DNA from: a virus
Length of the DNA: 64,000 nt
IMG/VR virus record: IMGVR_UViG_3300042691_027609
Direction: 5' to 3' (one strand)
In this document: positions 9,828 through 18,555 of the stretch, piece after piece
How positions within the stretch are numbered: the stretch's first letter is position 1
Layout of the letters: every line of letters begins with the position of its first letter
The notes under the pieces: model-generated
Database searches by the model: none
What the model saw: the letters and a program-made list of their open reading frames with translations, nothing else
What the model was told of the DNA's origin: nothing
Position numbers and translations under genes: made by a program

Positions 9828-10184
9828 ATGGCAGCAGGAAAATACAACATGACAATTGAACAGGGATCTACGCTAAATCTGCAACTATTGTATAAAGATT
9901 CGAACAACGCTATAATAGATTTATCAGGTTATTCTGCGAAGATGCAGATAAAATCGGATTTTGCTGACAACAGCCCTACTACTTATTTAACGCTGAGTAG
10001 TTCTGTAGGATCTGGATTAACAATAACTCCTGTATCTGGCACGATTGACGTGCTTATACCAGCGGAATCCTCTTCGTTAATGACTTTTGATACAGCGTAT
10101 TACGATTTGGAAATTACGACGGGAAGTATCGTAACAAGAGTTTTGCAAGGCACTGTAAAAATAAGCAAACAAGTAACTACATAA
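9828..10184 (+). CDS. Virion structural/fibre-anchoring protein
   Basis: IEQGST, DLSGYSAKMQI and YDLEI..RVLQG pattern; ATG at 9828 preferred over 9819. Confidence 0.6.
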   Translation: MAAGKYNMTIEQGSTLNLQLLYKDSNNAIIDLSGYSAKMQIKSDFADNSPTTYLTLSSSVGSGLTITPVSGTIDVLIPAESSSLMTFDTAYYDLEITTGSIVTRVLQGTVKISKQVTT

Positions 10185-10185
10185 G

Positions 10186-13100
10186 ATGTCATGTTCAAAT
10201 CCTAACATAGCGAATCAAGCTACATTTGTAGTAACTGTACCGGATAACAACACTATCACGATAACGGATCTATCGAAATATAACGTCGTGACCGCAATAC
10301 AACAAGTGTCGAACGTTATACAGATTAATACACCAGGCCCACAAGGACCGGCTGGAACTAGCAGCTCTACTACTAGTACAGGTAGTTTATTAACAACCGC
10401 ATCAGTTTCACTAAATACAATAACGTTTACTAAAGGAGACGGTAGTACGTTTCCTATTACAGTCAATACCGGTTCGAGTGGAACTAATATTAGTGATTAT
10501 GTAACGACTAGCTCTTTTAATGCTTTTACATCTAGCGTTGTAACTACGAGTTCGTTTAATGCTTTTACATCATCATATAATACATTTAGTGGATCGTATA
10601 ATACGGGATCATTTACAGGATCATTTGTTGGATCATTGCAAGGCACTTCAAGTTGGGCTAATAACGCATCAACTGCATCATATTATGTAGAAATAGATCC
10701 TGTATTTGTAGCAAAATCTGCGTCACTAGCAACAACTGGTTCAAATGCTTTTCTCGGTAATCAAACTATAACAGGTTCGCTAACAGTGTCAGGTTCATCA
10801 ACGTTTACAAATATAGGACCTGCAATTTTTAGTGGCAGTGTATCATCAAACGGTGGATTCACAGGATCACTACAAGGCACTGCTAGCTGGGCACAATCTG
10901 CATCAAACGCTATAAATGCTCAAACTGCATCTGCTATATTAGGAGGATCAATAAACCATGTTCCCTACTTTATAACAAATAACACATTAGCCACTAGCTC
11001 AATATACCAATCAGGTTCTAACACAGTTATTATAAACCAGAATGCGGCTACGTCGACTAATCCAGAGGCACTATATGTTTGGCAACCGAGTAAAACATCA
11101 TTCAATGTAATAAGTGGAAAAGGCGAATTGGATAATTACCTACAGTTAAATATTCAAAATACAGACGTAGGCACTAATGCATCATCAGACGTAGTTGCCA
11201 CATCAAATAACGGTAACGAAAGTACCAATTACATTGACATGGGTATTAACAATGAAAACTACAATAGTGGATTCATTGGAGCTGCTAACGATGCCTATCT
11301 GTATTCGACCGGTAGACACCTACACATAGGAAACGTATCTAATTACCCGGTCCAAATATTTGCAGGAGGCAGTAATACTGATGCGTCTAGAAAATTAGAA
11401 ATACGTCATGATAACCAGCACTCAATGACTGGTTCATTCGATATTAGTGGTAGTTTAAATGTAAGAAATAATTTAACAAGTAGTGGATTACTAACTAACG
11501 GAAATAATACTATATTAGGTAACACTGTAATGAGCGGATCTAGTACAATACAAGGTACTACCACAATGACTGGATCACTTAATATAACAGGAATAACGAC
11601 ACAAATAGGCACTAATACATTAGCAGGCAATACAATATTATCAGGTAGTATTATAATATCAGGATCAACCACAACACCAATAACACCAACAATTAAGATA
11701 TACGGTGATATGGAAACAGACGGTGTGATTAAATTCATGCCTGTATCTAAAAACATAGACACATCAATATCTGCGTCGTATATATTTGTATCAGGATCTA
11801 CAAACGATTTATATTTTAGTCAAAATGGTAACGGATATAATAATGTAACTCGTCTACGTTGGTTAGAAAGTAATTTATATACAGGTTTATTACATGGTGG
11901 TATCATATCGCAAGTAAATTCAAACACATATAGAATAGGAAGCGGTAGTGGTATTATTGTTGATTTGAATGTAACAGTACCTGATGATCCGTATCCTGTA
12001 GTACAATTTTTAGAATGGGGAAATTTAACTAATACTATTGATGCTTTAAGTGGATCATTTGACCAACAATTTGTAGCTATAAATTCATCAAATCAAATAT
12101 ACGCTCAAGGAATACCATACAATAATGGTGATTATAATGATAAAATACCAATAGGTATTGTACTCCATCAGAATAGATCCACAATAAATGGTGTTCAGAC
12201 TTTTCCAGGCGTAGCATATGGATGGAAACAAAGATCATTTGATTTCATTAAAGCATTTGGAGCATTAAAAATATCGGGGTATACCCTATCTCAAAGCGGA
12301 TCTTCTGCTAGAGGCTTATTATTAAGTGGTGGTACATCTTGGGTAGACGGTAGGAATTATACAATAGACCCAACCCAACCTAGCTATATTGAAGAAGCAG
12401 TAGGCACACCAACCTCTAAAATATTTAGATACTATCAATCAGGATCTGATTTCGTTTACAATACAAACGGTGGAGCTGGATTCACAGACATAGACCCAAC
12501 GCAGTATTCAAATGCAGGTACACTATCATCGGTAGATTCAAATAAATGGACAATACAAAGAGTATTTTATTTTCCTAATAGTGCTACAAAGGCATTATTT
12601 ATTTATTATGGAAATGCTCAATATGCAAATGAAGCTGATGCTCTTGCGGCAGTAAACACTGAAATATTTACTGAGGCACCTAATACAGCGGCTAGTGCTA
12701 TTTACATTGGCTATATGTTACTAAGAGATGACGCTGATTTTAATACAGCTGCGTCGTATGAATTTTATGCTGCTGGATTATTTAGAGGAGTTGGTACAGG
12801 AGGATCTGGAGGAGGTGGAGGTGGAGGTGCAACATCATTAGCTGGTTTAACTGATGTACAAATAACATCACCCACTAATGGACAACCATTAGTATATAAT
12901 TCTACTGCAACTAAGTGGGAAAATAACAGTTCGTTAACAGCATCATTACAAGGTACTGCTAGTTGGGCTATAAATGTTGTAAATGGAGGTGGAAATGTTT
13001 TCCCATACACAGGTAGTGCTACAATAACAGGTAGCTTAGTAGTAACAGGATCAACAACATCAACACTAGGATTTACCGGATCATTGTTTGGTACATCATC

Positions 13101-13566
13101 TTGGGCTATTAGCGCATCACAAGCTATAAGCAGTTCATTTACTACATCAGCATCATACGCTACAACAGCTCAAAATGTACTAGGATCAGTTGCGTCTGCT
13201 GATACAGCATCATACTCTACTAACTTTACTGTAGCAAACACTCTAATAATAGACCAAACTTTAACAGATTACCACTTAACAGTAGCCGGTACTACTGGAA
13301 CTTGGGGAATGTTTAGCCAAGCCACAGGATCATACAGATCGGCTCATGCAAAATATACTTTGTATAACGGATCAAATGCAAGAGCAGGCGAATTCGTAAC
13401 AGTGTGGAACGGCACAACTACAACTTATTACGATAATGCTACAACAGATATAGGATCGACGTCTGATCTAGTATTTCAATCGTCTATATTAACAAGTAAC
13501 ATAAAAATAGATGCGGTAGCAGCTTCAGGAGGTTGGACAATTAAAATGTTAGTAACCTATATTTAA
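10186..13566 (+). CDS. Long tail fibre-like protein
   Basis: 1126 aa, Ser/Thr/Gly-rich; repeated TGSL/GTASWA; GPQGP; LTDV..NGQ.LVYN..KWEN fibre repeat. Confidence 0.75.
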   Translation: MSCSNPNIANQATFVVTVPDNNTITITDLSKYNVVTAIQQVSNVIQINTPGPQGPAGTSSSTTSTGSLLTTASVSLNTITFTKGDGSTFPITVNTGSSGTNISDYVTTSSFNAFTSSVVTTSSFNAFTSSYNTFSGSYNTGSFTGSFVGSLQGTSSWANNASTASYYVEIDPVFVAKSASLATTGSNAFLGNQTITGSLTVSGSSTFTNIGPAIFSGSVSSNGGFTGSLQGTASWAQSASNAINAQTASAILGGSINHVPYFITNNTLATSSIYQSGSNTVIINQNAATSTNPEALYVWQPSKTSFNVISGKGELDNYLQLNIQNTDVGTNASSDVVATSNNGNESTNYIDMGINNENYNSGFIGAANDAYLYSTGRHLHIGNVSNYPVQIFAGGSNTDASRKLEIRHDNQHSMTGSFDISGSLNVRNNLTSSGLLTNGNNTILGNTVMSGSSTIQGTTTMTGSLNITGITTQIGTNTLAGNTILSGSIIISGSTTTPITPTIKIYGDMETDGVIKFMPVSKNIDTSISASYIFVSGSTNDLYFSQNGNGYNNVTRLRWLESNLYTGLLHGGIISQVNSNTYRIGSGSGIIVDLNVTVPDDPYPVVQFLEWGNLTNTIDALSGSFDQQFVAINSSNQIYAQGIPYNNGDYNDKIPIGIVLHQNRSTINGVQTFPGVAYGWKQRSFDFIKAFGALKISGYTLSQSGSSARGLLLSGGTSWVDGRNYTIDPTQPSYIEEAVGTPTSKIFRYYQSGSDFVYNTNGGAGFTDIDPTQYSNAGTLSSVDSNKWTIQRVFYFPNSATKALFIYYGNAQYANEADALAAVNTEIFTEAPNTAASAIYIGYMLLRDDADFNTAASYEFYAAGLFRGVGTGGSGGGGGGGATSLAGLTDVQITSPTNGQPLVYNSTATKWENNSSLTASLQGTASWAINVVNGGGNVFPYTGSATITGSLVVTGSTTSTLGFTGSLFGTSSWAISASQAISSSFTTSASYATTAQNVLGSVASADTASYSTNFTVANTLIIDQTLTDYHLTVAGTTGTWGMFSQATGSYRSAHAKYTLYNGSNARAGEFVTVWNGTTTTYYDNATTDIGSTSDLVFQSSILTSNIKIDAVAASGGWTIKMLVTYI

Positions 13567-13613
13567 TATATTTATAACAGAACTATTAGTTGGATAGTGA
13601 AAACTAATGAAAC

Positions 13614-14645
13614 ATGGCAAACGAATTTGTAGCCAAAAATGGCTTAATATCACAAAATAATACTACAGTTAGCGGTTCGCTAACAGTCACGCAAAATATA
13701 ACAAGCTCTAATTTCGCTTTCACATACCTAGATAATGATCGATTTGTTTATAATAACGGAGTATTAAGATACAATACGGGAGAAAATACTGAAGATATAG
13801 TAGTCTACAATCCACCTAAAGCTAACCACCATCTAATAGTCGATGGAGATAATGATTATGTAATACTACAAAGAGAGTCTGGTAATGTCGGTATAGGAAC
13901 ATCAACGCCTAGTGCTAAGTTAGATGTTAGTGGCAGTGTTCTTATAACTGGAGGCGTTGACGTAATAGACAGATTAAAAATATTTGCAGATCAGACTTCA
14001 CCTATGTCGGGATCTTTACAAGTGGGCACAGATAGCACAACAGGTTTTGTATACATTAGACCAAGCGGACTTACTGGTAATTTAACTAGTTCTAAATTAG
14101 AGTTTGTAAATAGAGGATCGAATGGAACATTAGGTGGACTATATAACACAGTCTTAGAAAATTATGAAAGATCCACAAGATTATTAACTGGTCAATACCA
14201 TGGCTACATGTCATTCGGAAGAGTTGATTCTCCGTATATGATGAGTATAATACCCGTTGTAGACACTGCTGGATCTTTGGGTGATATTATGATTGGTACA
14301 CCTATTTATAACACGCCTCCAACGTCATCCGGGTTTAGACTACAAGTAACAGGATCTGGAAATTCGGGTTCTTTTGCAGTAAATAATGTTTTAAAAGTAA
14401 TAGGTACATCAGTTTTAATAACAGGATCATTAAATATATCTCAGGGAATTACAGGTTCATTGAGTGGGTTGGCTACTTCTGCTTCATACGTAGATGGAGA
14501 CATATTTACAGAGACTAATCTAGTGCTGTCTTCATCGTACGCTTTAACAGCATCATACGCGATGAATGGAGGCAGTGGAGGGGGTGGAGGAATAACACAA
14601 GGTCAAGTAGTAGCAATAGCAACAGGATATTCAAACTTATTTTAA
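13614..14645 (+). CDS. Tail fibre-like protein
   Basis: GNVGIGTSTPSAKLDVSG beta-repeat typical of fibre proteins. Confidence 0.7.
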   Translation: MANEFVAKNGLISQNNTTVSGSLTVTQNITSSNFAFTYLDNDRFVYNNGVLRYNTGENTEDIVVYNPPKANHHLIVDGDNDYVILQRESGNVGIGTSTPSAKLDVSGSVLITGGVDVIDRLKIFADQTSPMSGSLQVGTDSTTGFVYIRPSGLTGNLTSSKLEFVNRGSNGTLGGLYNTVLENYERSTRLLTGQYHGYMSFGRVDSPYMMSIIPVVDTAGSLGDIMIGTPIYNTPPTSSGFRLQVTGSGNSGSFAVNNVLKVIGTSVLITGSLNISQGITGSLSGLATSASYVDGDIFTETNLVLSSSYALTASYAMNGGSGGGGGITQGQVVAIATGYSNLF

Positions 14646-14657
14646 AAATAAAAAACA

Positions 14658-15089
14658 ATGGCACTAAACACAGCACCAATTTATTCAGGGGTTGGAGACA
14701 TACAGTGGACAACTGTATTAACAGCCGTAAACTCATCGTACGATGCAATAACTGCAAATGTAGCAACAGTATTTTCAGCGTCAATATCAGGAAGCTTTGT
14801 ACAGAGAATCAGATTTAAAGCGTCAGGTTCTACAACAGCAACAGCCGCACGTATATTCATAAACAATGGATCACCATCAGGCAGCGCAGAAAATAATGTG
14901 TTGTTTGATGAAATAACGTTACCACTAACAACAGGTACGCAAACAGCAGCAACTGCGGTGTATGAATTATCAATGAATATCGCATTGCCGCCGGCGTATA
15001 GAATATTAGCAACACTCGCAACTGCGCAATCGGTAGGAGGAGGATGGTATGCATCTGCTATAGGAGGATCATATGTAACACCACAATAA
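14658..15089 (+). CDS. Virion structural protein (fibre-associated)
   Basis: Beta-rich 143-aa ORF within the fibre cluster. Confidence 0.55.
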   Translation: MALNTAPIYSGVGDIQWTTVLTAVNSSYDAITANVATVFSASISGSFVQRIRFKASGSTTATAARIFINNGSPSGSAENNVLFDEITLPLTTGTQTAATAVYELSMNIALPPAYRILATLATAQSVGGGWYASAIGGSYVTPQ

Positions 15090-15100
15090 ATTTAAATATT

Positions 15101-15289
15101 ATGCACTACATTTTAGCAAAAGACGACACAGGCGCACTTCCCGATCCCGAATTTTATTACGTAGTAGAAGACGACTGGCAAGTATTTGTAAAAGCAATTG
15201 ACAAAAATTGCAATGAAATAGGTTTACCAGTAGCATTTCATTTAGTAGACAGATTCGCGCAGCCACCAACTTGTGCACAACAGCCTTAA
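15101..15289 (+). CDS. Small hypothetical protein
   Basis: MHYILAKDD...; ATG at 15101 avoids overlap with the upstream gene. Confidence 0.6.
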   Translation: MHYILAKDDTGALPDPEFYYVVEDDWQVFVKAIDKNCNEIGLPVAFHLVDRFAQPPTCAQQP

Positions 15290-15297
15290 ACTAGTTT

Positions 15298-16200
15298 ATG
15301 TTAGATCTTTTTTACATACCATCTAATACCGAAAACACCAAGATCTTTTATGCAAACGGCTCCACAGCTTGGCAAACATGGAACAAACCGCGTAATGCTA
15401 AGTTTATACAAATATTTTGTTTAGGTAGTGGTGGAGGTGGTGGTGGAGGTGGATTAAATGTAGCAGGCACTGCAATCAACGCAGGTGGCGGTGGAGCTTG
15501 CGCAGGATACTCTCGCTGCATATATCCCGCCGCGTTCCTTCCAGATAATTTATACGTACAAGTAGCAGTTGGTGGATCAGGTGGAGCAGGCTCTAATACA
15601 TCGAATAGTAACGGATCTTCAGGTACGGCCGGAGCCATTAGTTATGTGGCAATTCAACCTGCTAATACAGCAATAGGAGTCATCGCGCAATCCACAAATA
15701 CAATAGCAGGAGGAGGTAACGGTAATGGAAATGTAACAGGAGCCGTAGCAGCTTGGACAACAGCAACAAACCCGTTCACAATATTGGGATTAATATTAGC
15801 AACAGCTGGAATAGCTGGACTTGCTCAAAACACGGCTGGTACGACAGCAATAACAAGCAGTATAGTAACACAGGGCGCCGGCGGCGGAAGTAAACCTGCA
15901 AATAATCAAAATGCCGGAGGATCAATATTTAGTGCTAGTGTAGTCTTGACAACACAATTAAATGGCGGAGTAGCCGGTGGTAGCCCCGGTAAAGATGGAT
16001 ACGGAAGTTTAATTCCATTTTGTGGTACAGGTGGATCCGGCGGAGGAGGAAATCTAACAGGAAACGGTGGACGCGGAGGAGATGGTTGGTATGGTTGCGG
16101 CGGAGGAGGCGCAGGATCAGGATTGAGTACAGGAGGATTCAGAGGCGGAAACGGTGGCAGAGGAGGAAATGGTATAGTAATAATAACAACAATATTCTAA
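15298..16200 (+). CDS. Glycine-rich adhesin-like protein, paralogue 1
   Basis: WQTWxKPR..CxGxGGGG N-terminal motif and GCGGGG..GGRGGxG.VII C-terminal motif. Confidence 0.7.
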   Translation: MLDLFYIPSNTENTKIFYANGSTAWQTWNKPRNAKFIQIFCLGSGGGGGGGGLNVAGTAINAGGGGACAGYSRCIYPAAFLPDNLYVQVAVGGSGGAGSNTSNSNGSSGTAGAISYVAIQPANTAIGVIAQSTNTIAGGGNGNGNVTGAVAAWTTATNPFTILGLILATAGIAGLAQNTAGTTAITSSIVTQGAGGGSKPANNQNAGGSIFSASVVLTTQLNGGVAGGSPGKDGYGSLIPFCGTGGSGGGGNLTGNGGRGGDGWYGCGGGGAGSGLSTGGFRGGNGGRGGNGIVIITTIF

Positions 16201-17078
16201 TGTTAGATTTATCATACTTTCAAAATAGTGGTAATGTAAACACACAAACATTTACAAACGCAGGTACGTGGGTAACATGGCAAAAACCACGTGGTGCTAA
16301 ACTTGTAAATATAATGTGTATTGGAAGTGGAGCAGGAGGATCAAATGGTGTATCGTCAAGTCTTAGCGTTAGAGGTACTGGAGGTGGAGGTGGTGGAGGT
16401 GGAGGTATAGTAAGAGCGCAATTTCAAGCATCCATATTGCCTGATTTACTTTATGTATACACTGGAGTAGGGGGAACAGGATCATTGGGTGGCAACCAAA
16501 AAACAACCACTGATCCTGGACAAAATGGTGAAAAATCATTTGTAGCTTTAATACCTAATACAACATCAATCTCAAATATAGTAGTTACATCCGGTAATGT
16601 TAGTGCTAGAGGACCTGTTAGTAATGTTGGAGGAGCGGGAGAAACTATAGCTACAATATCTAACGCTGTATTCCTAAATTTAGGAACTTTTATAGCAGTG
16701 GCTGGTACAGCTGGCACTAATGGTGGAGGTGGTACAGTCGCTGGAACATTAACACCAACACAAATCACAACAGGAGGATCTGGAGGAGGAGGAAACGCAG
16801 GTAGTGGACCATTTGCAGTAGCAGGATTTTACCCAGCATTTGCAACTATTACATCTGTAGCAGGAACAGGTACAAATGGTAGAGATGGAATTATGTTTAA
16901 CAAACCAGTACTAGCATTTATGGGGGGACAAGGCGCAGGAGGTGGAGGTACAGTAGGAGGAAATGGTGGAAATGGATCCTACGGCTGTGGAGGTGGCGGT
17001 GGAGGCGGTTCGCTAAATCTAGGAGGTAACGGTGGCAGAGGAGGAGACGGAATAGTAATTATAACAACAAGTTTTTAG
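16200..17078 (+). CDS. Glycine-rich adhesin-like protein, paralogue 2
   Basis: Starts MLDLSYFQ at the TAATG stop/start overlap; same motifs as paralogue 1. Confidence 0.7.
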   Translation: MLDLSYFQNSGNVNTQTFTNAGTWVTWQKPRGAKLVNIMCIGSGAGGSNGVSSSLSVRGTGGGGGGGGGIVRAQFQASILPDLLYVYTGVGGTGSLGGNQKTTTDPGQNGEKSFVALIPNTTSISNIVVTSGNVSARGPVSNVGGAGETIATISNAVFLNLGTFIAVAGTAGTNGGGGTVAGTLTPTQITTGGSGGGGNAGSGPFAVAGFYPAFATITSVAGTGTNGRDGIMFNKPVLAFMGGQGAGGGGTVGGNGGNGSYGCGGGGGGGSLNLGGNGGRGGDGIVIITTSF

Positions 17079-17082
17079 AATA

Positions 17083-17892
17083 ATGCTAGACATATTTAAT
17101 ATACCGAACCAACAAGACAACGTAAAGATATTCTACGCTGCAGGTACAACTGCTTGGCAAACTTGGACTAAACCAAGAAAGTGCAATTTTGTTTGGATAA
17201 TGTGTATAGGAGGAGGAGCAGCGGGTTCTGATGGACTAATTGGGAACAACAGAGGCTCCGGTGGAGGTAGCGGAGCTATAACAAGAGCTCTCTTTCCCGC
17301 ATCCGTTTTACCTGATATTTTATATATTCAACCGGGCCCGGGAGGGAAGACATCATCAGCTGGTGGTAATAGAAGTTTTGTATCAATAACACCAAGTTCA
17401 TCAGTAGCTATGAATATAGTATGTACATCTGGCGCTGCTGCTGCAGCACTAGTTACGGCAGAAACAATAGCTACCGCTACGAATATGGGATTGGTTACTT
17501 TAGGAATCTTTAATTCTGTAGCAGGATTTTCAAATAATGGAGCATACTTAACATTCAGTATATTATCGGGAGGAGGAAACGGTGGAGAAGGTGGATCAAC
17601 TCCAACACCGGGCGTAGGATTTGCTTCTATTAATATAGGGAATAATATAGTTACCCCAAATATTGCCGGTGGCACTGGTACTAACGGAGCCAATGGCGCT
17701 GATGGAGTTTGGAATTGGAAGCCTATGTATGGGTTGGGGGGAGCAGGAGGCGGTCCTAATACTAATGGTATCGGTGGTAAGGGAGGTGATGGAGGATTTG
17801 GTTGCGGTGGAGGAGGCGGCGGTGGCGGAACAATATCAGGCGCTCCCGCAGGACGAGGTGGAGACGGCTTAGTAATAATTGCAACTTTTTAA
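17083..17892 (+). CDS. Glycine-rich adhesin-like protein, paralogue 3
   Basis: Starts MLDIFNIP; same motifs as paralogues 1 and 2. Confidence 0.7.
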   Translation: MLDIFNIPNQQDNVKIFYAAGTTAWQTWTKPRKCNFVWIMCIGGGAAGSDGLIGNNRGSGGGSGAITRALFPASVLPDILYIQPGPGGKTSSAGGNRSFVSITPSSSVAMNIVCTSGAAAAALVTAETIATATNMGLVTLGIFNSVAGFSNNGAYLTFSILSGGGNGGEGGSTPTPGVGFASINIGNNIVTPNIAGGTGTNGANGADGVWNWKPMYGLGGAGGGPNTNGIGGKGGDGGFGCGGGGGGGGTISGAPAGRGGDGLVIIATF

Positions 17893-17916
17893 ATCGAAGT
17901 GCATCGTCTAAACTAA

Positions 17917-17931
17917 TTTACGTATATTTAT
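17917..17931 (+). promoter_or_regulatory. Example of the recurrent ATATTTAT promoter-like motif (extended form TTTACGTATATTTAT)
   Basis: Found upstream of genes at 240, 2436, 5418, 13568, 17924, 20711, 21336, 22416, 34727, 39596, 42074, 44803, 45713, 48435, 54756, 55684, 56938 and 61395, and inverted at 59534. Confidence 0.75.
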
Positions 17932-17946
17932 AAATAAACACAATTT

Positions 17947-18246
17947 ATGACACTGTTTATTATTTGCGTATTAGCTATCATTGCATTGGGAATTTACGTT
18001 ACAGTAAATACAAAACCTGTAAAAAGTCACGCGCCAACAAGCTTGCCACAAGAGCCCGTTATCGAGATTGAACCAGAAACTCCTCCGGGAGAAATAGATC
18101 TTGGTCCAGCAAATCCGCCTAAACACCAACTTCCAATAGATGGTAATTTAGACAACAAACAAAAAACAAACGGACAACAAAAGTCGAAAAGAAAATACAC
18201 AAAAAGAACAGACAAATCAAAAATTAATAAAAAAACAAAACAATAA
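17947..18246 (+). CDS. Membrane-anchored Pro/Lys-rich hypothetical protein
   Basis: N-terminal hydrophobic helix; upstream ATATTTAT motif. Confidence 0.6.
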   Translation: MTLFIICVLAIIALGIYVTVNTKPVKSHAPTSLPQEPVIEIEPETPPGEIDLGPANPPKHQLPIDGNLDNKQKTNGQQKSKRKYTKRTDKSKINKKTKQ

Positions 18247-18252
18247 TAGTTT

Positions 18253-18489
18253 ATGGGAAAAATTACTGACGAAGAGTTAAAGAGACTTGAAACGGTTAAG
18301 AATAAAGTCTTAGAAGTTGCATCAATTTTGGGAGAACTAAATTATCAAAAAATAGTTATAGACGATCAAATAGATCAACAAAAAGATAGTATACGTCGTA
18401 TTAAAAAAGAAGAAAGCGACTTATTTGAAGAATTAAAATCGAAATATGGAAACATTTCGATAAATATTCAAACTGGAGAATTTAGTTGA
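18253..18489 (+). CDS. Small coiled-coil hypothetical protein
   Basis: Heptad pattern; C-terminal KYGNISINIQTGEF. Confidence 0.65.
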   Translation: MGKITDEELKRLETVKNKVLEVASILGELNYQKIVIDDQIDQQKDSIRRIKKEESDLFEELKSKYGNISINIQTGEFS

Positions 18490-18555
18490 TCTGTTTTTCA
18501 AAAAAATATCGGTATTTATTACTAGATATAAAAAACAAATAAATAACTTATAAAC

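Noticed and set aside
16020-16199. Arg-rich N-terminal extension of ORF 16020-17078
   Set aside because: It is an off-frame reading of Gly codons in the upstream paralogue; the true start at 16200 matches the MLD N-terminus of its paralogues.
9032-17892. Diversity-generating retroelement or invertible fibre cassette
   Set aside because: No reverse transcriptase or invertase is present and no near-identical template/variable repeat pair was seen; the repeats are protein-level and diverged.
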